Positions 29,671 to 41,845 of a DNA stretch of 64,000 bases are shown here, one piece after another. This DNA is from Microbotryum violaceum (lineage: Eukaryota): assembly GCA_001244265.2 (NCBI GenBank), contig CDLV01000013.1:992001-1056000 (forward strand), in the 5' to 3' direction. Under the pieces are notes generated by a model. It was not told the DNA's origin and searched no databases. It saw only the letters and a list, made by a program, of their open reading frames with translations. Numbering within the stretch: position 1 is the first letter of the stretch; the number at the start of each line of letters is the position of its first letter. Position numbers and translations under genes: made by a program.

Positions 29671-30473
29671 AACGCAAGCGTCCGTGACGACGTACTTCGC
29701 GTCGAGATTACAGTGAGCGTGTGAGCTGCGCAGGAAGGAATTGCGACAAAGCAGTACGCTGGCTCTTAGCAACTTAGCAAAGAGTTCATTAACGTGCCAC
29801 CAATGTACAATTCATTATATTATACAGAAAAAGACTGCTAGGTGTGATCAACTTCTGTACCTTGCGTCGGAGAAGTCATCAACCAAGTGCCGAGGCAAAC
29901 ACTCAACGGACCTGGTCGAGTGTGAGGCTCGGAGTGGCCGTGGCAACACCACAGAAGACCTTTGTACGACGTTGGGACTGTGAGCCGGATCAGGACTTCG
30001 TTCAAGTATACATCAAAATCTAGTCTGCAGTGTTGGAATATGATAAGTACTTTTTCAATCCCTGCTGACTGTTCGGGAAGTGTTACCCAAGGCACGACAC
30101 GGACTGCGCATGTGACTGACTGGCAGGGAGCGCGGTAAGTTCTACCTGTAGGAGATTTCAGCGCAGTCAGCGCAGCAAAGATGCAATGGACGCTTGTGCT
30201 CACTTCCTCAGTGTAGCGCGCTCTTCCTCTAAACCTTACCGGTCGTGTTGGGCTTCCGGCTGCCAGCTTTACTCGACCGACATGAAATTTTTCAAGCGAG
30301 CCACTGCAAGATCGAGCGATTTAGCGATGCCGAGTCTTGGATGTCTGATCGCTCTTGTTGCACTTCCTGGCAAAGCGTCGTATAACGTGTAGAACTACTA
30401 GCGAAAGGAACGCATCATTGATCTCTTTACTATTGCAAGTAGCAACAGGGCAAAAGACTGCAAATATATATGA

Positions 30474-32892
30474 TCAAATTCCCCCAAAAACATCCCCATC
30501 GTCTTCATCAAAGTTCTCCTTGAACTCGTTACTGAAGGCGCCGCAATCGGTAGTGTCGACGGAATGATGACTCAGATCATCGCTCGAATGAGCACTGGTG
30601 TCAAGAAGGGCGTCATGATCCGTGGTGATGTCGTCCGACTCTCCGACCATCCCATCATTGATGCAGTCACGGTCTGGCCATGTGTGATCCGGCAAGCCAC
30701 CCGCTCTGGTTCGTTGAAAAACATCAACGTCGTCGGTGCACCACATTCGGAGCTCAACCCACTCCTCCATTTGCGGTTCGCCGGTTTGCCGGGTGCATTC
30801 CCACAGGTGATCTAGGCCGCTCTTCGAAAACCATCGGCGCGCAATAGTTCTAAGACGCTCTTCTTCATAGCAACCCCCCCCCCCTGAAATGAAATGATCC
30901 CGGGATCGTCCCATTTCGTAGGTTTTTTTTGGGGGTTTTTTTTTTGCTATGTTCTTGCTCGAGCAGCATCATCGCAGAGTCATCATGCTCATCTAGTTGG
31001 AGTAATTGCTGGCGAACTTGCTGAAACCTCTTGCGACGGCTTATCAGCCACCGTCCAATGCGACGCACTTCCCGTCCTGTATGATAGGATAACCCGTTTA
31101 GCAATCACAGACAGTCGGGTCAACGCATTATTGGGTTCGGGTGACCCGACACCAGCAGCACCAGGGTACCTTCTCGCCCGCTTCAGTCGATCCGTCGATC
31201 AAAGCTTGCTCGTTTCGAAACGTGTCTGGTGGCAGGAATAACGCTGGACGTGACTTGAGAGGATCAGCTTTTGCCCGTCGATGCTGAAAATTGCCGTCGA
31301 CAGCAATGATGACATCGAGGTCATTCTCGCTCTTGCCGGCTTCATCGATCCCAGGGCCAAAACATGCCGGACAAACGTCGGCCAGACGCTCGCGCGGGGA
31401 GAGGCCGAGAATTTCGGCGGTCAAAGTTGCCTGCAGCTGTTGCATAAATCGATATTCATCCATTGCAAGATGCTGACGCATGGTTGGACCCTGGGAAGCT
31501 TCCAATATTTTCTGTAGGAAACAGTGAATGTTTCCGGCCTGTCCCTGTCCCAGAGCCCACCTTGTTAAAAGGATCCTCCGAGGATATTTCAGAGGACCCA
31601 AAGAAAACGAGCGCTGCGGACATGCCATAGATACCAAAAGGATCTACCCCCAGTAGGTGTCGACATATTCGATCGTGCGAAAGGTGAATGCGGTGATGCC
31701 TTCTCTTTTTCGGATTGAAGATGACGACGTCGGGAGAAGACCGTGAGCTGCCAGGGTTTGGATCTCGGAATAGCATGGGCAGTATCGTAGTTCTCGCATG
31801 CCTGCTCATGGTTGGGGGATATCATATCAGTCCAGGACGATAGCGTAGGGGTGACTGACAAAAGATGTGCAACAGAAGCACCTGCCTGCAAAGAACAGGT
31901 CGAAAACCCGGACCTTTCTGGTGACTCGGCGTTCATGACATGCGTCGCACCACTCCTCGTCGTCCGGGGAAGGGACAAACCCGCTCTGTCGAAGCACTTT
32001 TGTGGCCTTTTTCTTCTCGGGTGCGTCGACGGCGGTCGTTAAGGGTGGCGTGCAGGTGCTCTCCGGTCGTCGAACAGCAACCTCTCATCAACAGGTACGC
32101 CTGGAAAAGTTTAGGTCGTTGTGACGGCCTAGTCTCAGCTTCGGCCCTCGCAGTCCGGCGACGATTGCGCTGCTTCTTGGCGTTCCTCTCGATCCGCAAT
32201 CGCTTAAGTGAAGAGGGCGCTTGGTCTTGAGAAGCACCGTCTGGGTGGAATGGCGAATGCTCCGGTCCAGATGAGTATTCACCGCCGAAATCGCGACCGA
32301 AGTCGTAGTCGGGCTCAAAGTCGGGCGCGCTGTGGGGCTCGAAGTCGTGCTCGAAGCCACCGGTCTCGGTGTTTAGAGGCCACGCCGTTACGTCATCGGC
32401 AATGTCAGTCCAAGGCTCGGACGATGAATTGTGGAGGCCGGCAATGGATTTCTCCGAATGCTCCTTCCGACGACGCGTTGACCTCTGGACCGATGGTGAT
32501 GGGGGAGGGCTCGGCTGACGTTTCGGACGCCTCTTCGTCGGAGAGCGGAAAATACCGAAACTGAAGCCGAACGTCTTGTCGAACAGCTCGCTATCCGGGG
32601 ACAACGATGGCTCCCTTTTCCGTACTCGCTTGGTCCATAATCTCCTCCTCTTCTTCTTCTTCGTCTTCGCCTCTTCCTCTGTTCCCACCGACGTCGTGGC
32701 CCCGTTCTCGATCGTGTCCTTGTTGCTGGTCACCTTCTTCCTCCTCCTCCTCACGGTCGTGCGCTTCTTGCGCTTGGTCTTGTCAGTGCGTTTTCCCTTC
32801 TGTGTTCCGACTGGCGATGTTGATCTAGTTGTAGAGGTGGTGGTGTGTGTGGTAGGATGTCCATGCTTGAAGCGATGGGTGCAAGCCTGCAA
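30474..32892 (-). mobile_element. Decayed Kyakuja-Dileera-Zisupton (KDZ) transposase with CxC1-like region
   Basis: LSPRERLADVCPACFGP...LDVIIAVDGNFQHRR is the KDZ signature. Basic low-complexity N-terminus, Cys/His-rich segment at ~31900-31600, and C-terminal RRIGRWLISRRK; frameshifts, homopolymer runs and apparent loss of much of the catalytic core. Confidence 0.85.
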
Positions 32893-33140
32893 GGCCTTGG
32901 GTGGAGGGAAGTGGGGGGAACCCGTGGTGCTGAGGCAGATGGACCATTAGCGGGGATAAGTAGCAAGTGCCCGAATTAGTGACCACTTTTGCCTCCGGGG
33001 GCTTGGGGTCGGCAGGGCAACGGTGCACCTAACCCGTACCAACGTTTCCCTGGACCAAATCCCCAAAAAGCTCCCTAAACTCGCCGCGCGCGGGGTAGCA
33101 TATTTGTTAGGTTTTTTTTGACCCACATAGGAGCGCATAG

Positions 33141-33593
33141 GTGCTCAAGTCCTGATCGCCACCCTGATCTCCCTCTCTCCCTCCCTCCCTTTCCCCCATC
33201 GCCTCGCAGAAAACAAGTCACTCTATACCTCGACCTCGTTTCATCCTACGCCTGCCCCGTTCTCCCCCTGCTGGCAATCCTCCTCGAGGACGACGCCTTT
33301 GAGAGCACCGCCCAACTCGACCGCCTCGCCACACTGCGCCTCGACAAGCCCGTCCCCCTCCCTGCGTCCCGGCGTGCTCGACCGCTACGTCTTTCGCGCG
33401 TCGGAACGTGGGAACACCAGCACGTCTAGCGGCACTCCTTGTGACTGCGAGTGGTTCGGCCGGACGCTCCAGGCCCTCGGCACAGCGCTCGGCTAGGTCG
33501 TCATCCACACGTTGTACGCCACAGCGCGGACTTGACGGCGTACGAGCGCTATTACCAGAGTCGCCAGACCAAGGTCAACACCTAGGCGCTCGC
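33141..33593 (+). pseudogene. DUF3435-like tyrosine recombinase fragment, copy A (disrupted)
   Basis: ACPVLPLLAILLEDDAFE...YVFRASERG...RTLQALGTALG*VVIHTLYA[~70-nt deletion]...AYERYYQSRQTKVNT*AL; frameshift near 33360. Confidence 0.75.
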
Positions 33594-34167
33594 CGGTGGT
33601 CGAGTCGCTCGATCCTCGACGAAGCCGCCAACGTCGCCGAGCGCCTGAGTGTCGACCTTGGTACGATGGCTCTGGTAGTAGCGCTCGTACGCCGTCGACT
33701 CCGCGCTATGTCCCATGAGCAGGCGGCGCTCCGCGAGGGTGACCTCAGGGACGTTGATGGCGTTCGCAGGGAAGCGTCGCCAAGCGTACAAGGTGTGGGT
33801 GACGACCCAGCCGAGCGCCGTGCCGAGGGCCTGGAGCGTGCGGCCGAACCACTCGTAGCCACAGGGGGTGTCGCCCGTCGTGCTCGTTTTTCCACGTTCC
33901 GACGCGCGAAAGACGTAGCGGTTGAGCACGCCGGGACGCAGGACGAGGGGGACGGGCTTGTCAAGGCGCAGTGTGGCGAGCCTGTCGAGTGGAGGTGGCG
34001 ACTCGAAGGCGTCTTCCTCGAGGAAGATGGCCATCAACGGGAGAATGGGGCAAGCGGAAGGCGAGGCGAGGTCGAGGGAGAGGGTCACTTGTTTTCTGCG
34101 AGCCGAGGGGGGAAAGGGAGGGAGGGAGGGAGAGGGAGACCAGGGTGGCGATTAGGACTTGAGGCAC
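33582..34167 (-). mobile_element. DUF3435-like tyrosine recombinase catalytic C-terminal fragment, copy B (5'-truncated, frame open)
   Basis: ACPILPLMAIFLEEDAF...YVFR...CGYEWFGRTLQALGTALGW..THTLYAWRRFPANAIN...AERRLLMGHSAESTAYERYYQSHRTKVDTQAL: Y-x-x-RR, MGH and catalytic-Tyr region in the spacing typical of DUF3435. Confidence 0.8.
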
Positions 34168-34906
34168 AGAGAAAGTGAAAGGCACGAGATCGCTCTCGAG
34201 CCTCACTGATTCCGACTCCAAACTTCGAGCCATGTGCATCGCATGGGCAGGCAAGGTACCTTGAGTAGGGGGCACACGCTCGGCCTCATCGAGCACGGAC
34301 CTCGTCAGTGATGACGTGGCGCAAGCTTGAAGGGTCATACATCTGCTTTTCTTCGATGGTCGATCCATACCTTCTTTTGCTCTGTCTGGCAAACTCAATC
34401 CTTGCGTCCCCTACACCAATCCCGACCCGTGCTTGCTTGCAGTGCTCGCCATCCTTGAGTTGGTTGGCCACCATCTCCATCTTTGTTTTCTGGCTCGTTT
34501 TGTATCTCTCTTGTCCCTTTCTATGTTCTTTTCAGATCTGTGTTCAACACCGTGAACAGGAAGGCGCTTGGCAGTGTTCCAAAAATAAAATCAGATAGGG
34601 ACACGAGCGTTCGGCAAGGAGCTCAAAATTTAAAGTCCAATCGAAGTGCACGGACCCAGCTCGGCGTCGCGCACAAATGAGACACCGGAGAAACGCGAGA
34701 GCGCGCGGATCTCGAAACCTGGCGGACTACTCGACTACACACTGGCTGACTCACCCGCGGCGGCAGACAGACCACCCACGCTGAGGTATTGCGACCTCCG
34801 CCGTCGGAACCCTCCAACATGAAGTTTGCATCGAGTTGCTTCACGCGTTCTGACTTGCACATCCTGTCCTCCCGCCGTGCCGACGTCGCCAAGGGGCATG
34901 TTGCAC

Positions 34907-35153
34907 TCATGTAAGGTCAATCTCTTGGATGAGCGTGATCTTGCCCTTGGAACTCGGCAGCGCTTTCGTTGGCCGATCAGGCGAATCCGCGCTGGACGAG
35001 TTGCCTTGGATGTCGAGTAGATGCGAGAGCCCTGATGCTGCTGACCGTCGAGGTTGTGCCATGGCCGGGTCTTCGTCGCCGGCTTGTTCGACGCCCCTCT
35101 TGGAGTTTTGACCGACTTCTGGGTGCCCTTCGCTGTCGTCTTCGTCATCGTCT

Positions 35154-35200
<47 letters not shown>

Positions 35201-35572
35201 GCCACTGTCGTTGTCGTCACTGTCGCCGTCGTCGCTGTCACTACTATCACTCGATTCGATCTCTTCCAATACGACCACTTCCTCCTGCTCTTCGTGGCCC
35301 TCGTCCCCGTCGACCAGGCCAGCTCGCTCGTCTCCATCACGCGCACTCAAGCTCGTCCCATCCTTCTGTTGTTGCTCCAAGCGCATATTGGCGTCCCTGA
35401 TCTGAGGCAAGAAGGCGTGCAACCTGTTCAATACGTCGCTGCCTTGGGTCGGCAGGTCAAAGAGGAACGGTGGTGGGACAGGCATCGTTCGTGCTTCGAG
35501 TCGTTCTCGTTCGGGACTCGTCGTGGAGGGAGAAGAGGCTGAGGTGGCATCTGTGACTTGAGTGGAAGCCAT
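34907..35572 (-). CDS. NOPCHAP1/C12orf45-like (DUF4598) box C/D snoRNP assembly chaperone
   Basis: Single ORF with SDVLNRLHAFLPQIRDANMRL, a poly-Asp tract from a (GATGAC)n repeat at ~35143-35200, and C-terminal LIQEID. Confidence 0.8.
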
Positions 35573-36212
35573 GTCGGGACGATCCTGAATCCGAGCAGGA
35601 GCGATGACCTAATGTAATTTGATTGTGTGTGAGGAGGAGAGGTCTTGCCGAAACCGAGCGCCTCGCGACGGCACGCGCGCGCAGTCCATCTTGGTTCGAA
35701 TTGTAGGTGAGCTTCAGATCGAGCCGAAATGTATGATAATGCGCTGTAATGGGCTGTAATGAGGGATTCTAGTCAGGTGACTTGTGGCGCTTGCTCCTCA
35801 TTTCACCCTTCTGCTTCCCACCACCATCCCCCGAGTCGTCACAGCCATGACCGCCTAATTACCTGCTGCATCTCCGTGGGATCGTGGCTGCCAGGTTCTT
35901 TGTTCCTTTCTGTCACTTCAAGCCCAAGGGTGGACTCACCGCGGATACCCTTTCTGGCGACACTCGACCGACGTATCCAAGGACCGTGCATCGCGGAATC
36001 GTAGCATCGCAGCATCGCAGCGGGCGTAGAGGTGGTCACCGCAGCTGGACTCGACAGAATTTGGGGCTTTGCATCACCATCACGTGGAGCGCACGGCACC
36101 GAACCCCCATCCAGGCCAGACCCCCACTCCTCGCGCGCTACGTACCGTCGAGCCCATCAACCCCTAATCGCGGCGACTCGGATCCGAACAAAGGCGCTGA
36201 TATCTGCTCAAT

Positions 36213-37201
36213 ATGGCGGCTGAAGTCTCACAACTATCGCCAAACAGCCCGAGCGCGAGGAGCGAGCACCCAACCACACAACCCGTGTTCAATGCCTCCA
36301 TCTCGCTTGAGACCCTGGCCGGCGCTCAACCGTCGACTTCGGGAACGACTCGCGCAACCGCTTCCGAGTTACCATCGGTTTCGATGAACGAACAAGCCAC
36401 CTCTCCCTCGATACTGTCTGCCTTGGCTCGGCGGATCGTATCAGAGTCAAACGACCGTGCGAATGGTCCGCCTGGCGCTGGGTTATGGCATTCGGTGCAG
36501 AAAGGACTTGTGTCGCCGAACGGCCCCAGTGGAGTTCGTCAAACCCTTCTCAACTCCAGTTCGCCACGAGGCATTATGGGCAAGACCAAGCCACGTATGG
36601 TGCTTCGAGTCGAACGGGATTACTCCGACGGCCAAACATGCCAGTTCTGCTGCGACTGGATTGACGAACTGAAAGGGAGGGTCAGGCCCCGAATACTTGG
36701 CAGATTGAAAGCGGTATTCGTAAGCTGACATCCTATTTCTCCTTCACCCAACAGGTCACTCGAAATGACTTTGAATCGATGCTGAACGGGATGAACGCAA
36801 TCCTCGCTTCGGCACATGACCCCTATCGATCGATCGTCGACAACTGCTGCGCCATTCTGACGTTTTATCTCTCGCCCAAGTTGTTCCCATCCCATTTTGC
36901 CAAAGTCAGTACCTGTGTCTAACTATAGCGCAGTGTGTCTGGCTCTTGAGTCTGATCATGTCTTTCTTTCCGAATGTTCTTGCCTTTGCTCAGTGCATGC
37001 GAGAGTTCGATCGAGTCTTGGAAAGGGCCAATCGGGAGATCTACAACCCCGTCGGGTTGAACCTTCTTCCCCCACGACGGACAGCTTTTTTATTTGTGAG
37101 TCTCGAGTGAGTCTGAGTATTCCTGAAAAACGCCAAGCTGACGCAGGATCTCCCTTTGTGTTCTGTTTGTGATGTCCCAGATGGAGATCGAATACTATTG
37201 A
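36213..37201 (+). CDS. ERF4: Erf4/Golgin A7 family Ras palmitoyltransferase subunit
   Basis: LRVERDYSDGQTCQF...ELKGR|VTRNDFESMLNGMNAILASAH...DNCCAILTFY...|CMREFDRVLERANREIYNPVGLNLLPPRRTAFLF|MEIEYY*. Confidence 0.92.
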
Positions 37202-37720
37202 TCGTCGTGTGGGGCTCGGCGTCCGTCTTTCAGGGCAGCCTTCAGTGCGAATTATGTGCACCTTTGGTTCTGTAGTGGGTTGTTCTGTTTGCATTCTTGC
37301 TATACCTATGTCTTTGTGGTTATTATCGCGATATTCGAAGTCAGAGAGTAGAACTATCAAACTTCCAAGTTCCAAAGTCCTGGGCGTTCCTTATAAGGAG
37401 GCTTTGCCAAGCGCACCGGGCCTGCGGGACGGCCTCGGACGGCTCACACCGACCGGGCGGCTCTTCACTCTGAAGCCAGCCACGTCGTGCGCTGCTCTCG
37501 ACCGACCACCTGGTCTTGCTGGTCCAAGCCCGGCCTGGAACGTTCAATCGTACCCCTATGATGCCCCTTCGCACATGATCCCATTCGCCCACCGATCACC
37601 CTTCCCGTCTTGCCGTAAAGCCACGCCACTTTGGACTCGTACGACTCTGTCGACTCGCCTCGATTCACGAAGTCGCCGACAGCCCGAGTGCACTGGTTAC
37701 TCGCATCGGACACTTCAACC

Positions 37721-39450
37721 ATGGTGCCTTCTTTGGCGATGCTGAGGAACAAACCGAGTCTCAAGTTGACGCTTGAACAGGTCAGTCCAAGCTTTGTACC
37801 CTTTCACTACCTCGTGCAAACGCATATCGTTCGCGGTGGGCACTCGGGATTAACCCCCGCGTGGTTCCGAGGGAGCGTGTGAGCGAGCGAGCGGAGCACC
37901 ACTTGCCGCATCAGGTCGGCGAACGGGTTTACGGAGCCGCAAGGCATGCCGGACAGAGGGGATAGCATCGCTGATCTCTGCTCGGCACTACGACACATTT
38001 TCGTTATTTTAGGAGATGCTCTTCGTTCGGCCGCCAACATGTCCGAGCGCGCCACCGAGCGATGACCCTTTCCTCCGCGGCACCGTGCTCCTATCGCTCC
38101 CCAAGCCTCGTCTTTGCAAGCGCCTGCGAGTCGTCATCGAAGGACTCGCCGATGCGTTCGGTGGTTTTGGATTTCCTTACGAGTCGAAGACGACGCTGAG
38201 GCAGGAGGTGGTGCTGGATCTCAAGGATAATGGGATGCTTGAAGCCGGCGACCATTTGATGCGGTTCGAGATGCTCGTGCCGAGCTCGACCGCGGTCTTT
38301 CAACGGTGCAGTCATGGGAGGGTCAGGCATAGTGGTACGTATGAAGCTCGGGCTGAAACCAAGGGTATCAAAAGTGTGCTGATCTCACCATTTTCCCAAC
38401 ACTTTGCCTCAGTTCGCGCCTTTCTCGACTTTCCCACACCCATCCCTACTTCGATATCCTCCGACCGCGTTTTGGATATCCGCGACCCTCAAAGATCCGG
38501 GGGAACCGCCCGACCCGCTCGATGCATTTTTATCGCACTTCAACGAGCATCTTGGACCCGTTGTACTCCGTATCGCCTCCCCCCACCTCACGATATCATC
38601 TTTGATCCACACCCACGTCGAGTTTCTTGCCCCTCCCCTCAGTTGTACCGTCGTCGCCAACGCAAGCTTCATGGCGCAGACCTTTGAAGTGACGTACAAG
38701 GATGGCCAACGCGCTTGTCCGCCCACCCGTCGACACTTTTTACCCAAGGTCGATCCGACACGAGCTCATGCGACCCCGTTGATCTCTACACCTTCCCGTC
38801 CTGTGCCCATCTCGACAACGGGCCCGGCAGGCTACAGCCCTTTGGCACCCGTCGATCCGATCCGGGAAGACCCCGTCCCGCTGCACGTTCTAGAGCAAGA
38901 GCATCCTTGGACGTACGAGATAGTTGCTCGCGTACCTCGCGACGAGCTCATTCGACCGACGACGTTAGAAGGTACGCTGACGCCGATCAAGGTCAAGCAT
39001 CGCTTCATCTTGGAGATCCGGTATCGTGTCGATGGGGAAGACGAGGACCGGCTGTTGACGGTCGGTCGGAATTGCTGTATCGCTTCGGTGAGTTCAAGCT
39101 ATCTTGACTATCAATGACTGCGACTGACTGCAACTTCTACCATCAGTGTTGCTGTCTCTCTGATTCGGCCCTCCCGCCCTACGCCGCCTCGGCTGCCGAC
39201 GCAGCCCCCGTTCTACAACCCACCCGAAACCGCTGTTTGTGCAACGTCTCTCGATCAGATGTTCGACTACGAGGGCCTCCCCCTACAATGCGTCGGCACT
39301 CTTTCTATTCGGAGACCCTCGCTGCGCGAGATCGACGAGGATGACCACGCCAGGTCTTGCACGATCGCCGAGTATGGGATCTCGGGGAGGTCCGACCGCG
39401 ACACCAAATCGGCTCCGGCTCATTTGGGGATCATGGAAGGGAGGGCTTGA
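37721..39450 (+). CDS. Arrestin-fold protein with PPxY motif; 3' end ambiguous (stop at 39344 or 39450)
   Basis: DDPFLRGTVLLSLPKPR...GDHLMRFEMLVPSSTAVFQRCSHGRVRH...IRPTTLEGTLTPIKVKHRFILEIRY...CIAS|CCC...LPPY. Multi-exon. Confidence 0.75.
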
Positions 39451-39764
39451 CATGCTTGACAGCTTGACAGCTGCGCAAACCTTGCAGCATCGTTTTGCTG
39501 TTCGTTTTTTTATGTGTTGTATTTTTGTTGTTGTTTGCTGTTCTTTCTTTAGTTTTTCTTTTCTTTTCTTTTCGTTGTTGTTGTGCATCAAGTCTCTTCG
39601 ACCCTGAAAGTGATGAAAATGAAAATGATCGAAGCGAACCGTGCGTAATTCTTGGTTTCGATCGGCTCAGGAGAGAGTTCGTGCGCAACGGCCCGATTGC
39701 ACTGGCTTCCGAGACGGAAGCCTTCTCGGCTTTTGACTTCTCGCACCTTTCCACTCTGCACATT

Positions 39765-41691
39765 ATGGTGAACGACGAAGATACCGACTACGAAACTCTT
39801 CCTGCTGGACCTTCGCAGCATCGTAATCCTACGACCAAGACGTATTCGAAGAAAGCCAGGCAGCGGGCGACTCGATCGGCCCCCGCAGCAGTAGAAGTGA
39901 AGGTGCCCACGGTCGTGCCTGGGAGCAATGAAGGTGGTGCGACGACCAGTTCGGAGGAGATGGATACGGCTTTGACATCCAAGGGGAAGAGGGTTAAAGG
40001 AAATCGACGACAGCGAATAGCATCGGATGGGGGTCAGCGAAGGCGGGAAGGCCATGCGGAGATGAACGCTGTACGAGCGACGGAAAAGGCGCGCGAGCGG
40101 GAGCCGATGGAACAGGAGGTCCGTACCTGGGCTCTGATTGTCACTGTTCGACTTTGATCAGCTGGGTCGCCCGGATGTACTGACTTTTAAATATGATCGA
40201 TAGATGCAGAATGCGAAGACTGTTACTTCGACGCAAGCACACAAGTCGACTGAGGAAGCCGAGACAGCGAAGGCTCCTCTTCGGGGAGCCGATCCGATCT
40301 GGCCATCGACGGCCGGCACTCGTGACACCAGGGTTCCTCGAACGGAACGTCTAATAGAAGCAAAGATCCCGTCACAATTCTCTTCGACCGTTCCTTCGAA
40401 GGAACATTCGACATCGTCAACTTCTACCTCTAACCGTGTCGGACTCCCCGACCCATTTGTGGACTCGGCACGGACCGTGATGCGCCCTCGATCGAAGAAA
40501 GCCTCGGCCCTCAGCGACAAATCCAACTTGCCCAAAAGATCACGTGTTACATCTTCCAAGCTCAAGGAATCAACCGAAACGCTTAGCCTCGAGTCGATGT
40601 CGCTGCATGGGGGTGAAAAACCATTCGAGGCGGAAGTTATTCGCTCGAACGCCCCTGGGAAGACTGGCTCACACTCCAAGTTGACCAAGCCGACCAAAAA
40701 AGTGCCTACGCAATCGACCATGGGTATCTTTCACGACCCTTCACCAGCTGAAGTCAATGCGAAGAATGACAAGAAACCACACGCCCGTGCTTCGCGCACC
40801 AGCTCGAAGAGCAAAGCTCAGGCTTACGCAGCAACCGTCGTGCCCGTTTCATCAGTCGAGACGCCTTCGTTGTCGAGTGCGGGAAGAGCCCACTCTGTAC
40901 ACCATTCTCTGGGATCGCAACACAGTGGCTACGGTCAGCTTCCACCTCCCAATGTCCCATTCGCGGCTGGCGCCACAGAATCCTCTCATTCCTACCACCC
41001 CTCGGAGGAAGACTTATCGCGCCATTCATCCATTGTGATCGAGACGTACGAGATGGCCGAGCGCGAAGCGTCCGAGTCGGATGAAGAAGGGGATGAGACC
41101 ATCCAAGCGGCCATCAATCCACTGATTGCCAACCCAACCGTCTCTGATCAGGAAGTGCTTGATCTCGTGGAATCGGAGGAAGTGGTCCTCGCCCCGGGTG
41201 AAGTTGATGTCCACCCGACTGGATGGGGCTCGAGCCCGGAGGAAGCCAGCACTTCCACAGGAATTCAGATGCCCGACGCCCACACGACGATGGCCGAACC
41301 AGTTCTCGCAACCAAAGGACCCGAACAGCTTCCTGAATCCGAGTTCCTCAGCCCCGGTCGAGCCCTCCCACCTCGTCATCGACAATTACCCCTCGCGCAG
41401 CCTCGGCCCGGAGGACCCGGATCAGACGAGGATGACTTGGCGTACTACCTCGCCATTACAGCGACGAGTTCATCGGGCGACGAAGAGCAACAGGATGCTA
41501 GGGATCGAGAGGAGTGGCTTAAAGGAGAAGCTGAGGTCGGCAAAGGGGCCGAGCCGGGTTGGACGATGGAGCAGGCGCAGGCGAGGAGGAGAAGGTACAT
41601 CTTGAAGAAGTTGCCGGGTCCTCAAGGGGAGGAAGATAGTGATGATGAGTTGAACCTACGTGGAGAGGTCTCGACGCGGGATGAAGAGTAG
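39765..41691 (+). CDS. Hypothetical, largely disordered protein
   Basis: ATG at 39765, intron ~40119-40203, 495-codon second exon with host-like codon usage; no recognisable domain. Confidence 0.7.
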
Positions 41692-41845
41692 ATGGGACTA
41701 TGTCGGAAACGATCGGAGGTACAGTGATGTTGCCAGACCAGTTTGCACCTGTTCAATAGGCTCTCTTCTTTGCTGGGTACAGCGGGGTGTTTTTCCCAAA
41801 ACAAAACAAAAAATCTAGAAGAATATCCCAACTACTTCATCTGAA

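Noticed and set aside
28200-34700. A complete Starship element
   Set aside because: Only C-terminal recombinase fragments are present; no full captain, recognisable cargo or boundary repeats, and the flanks are housekeeping genes.
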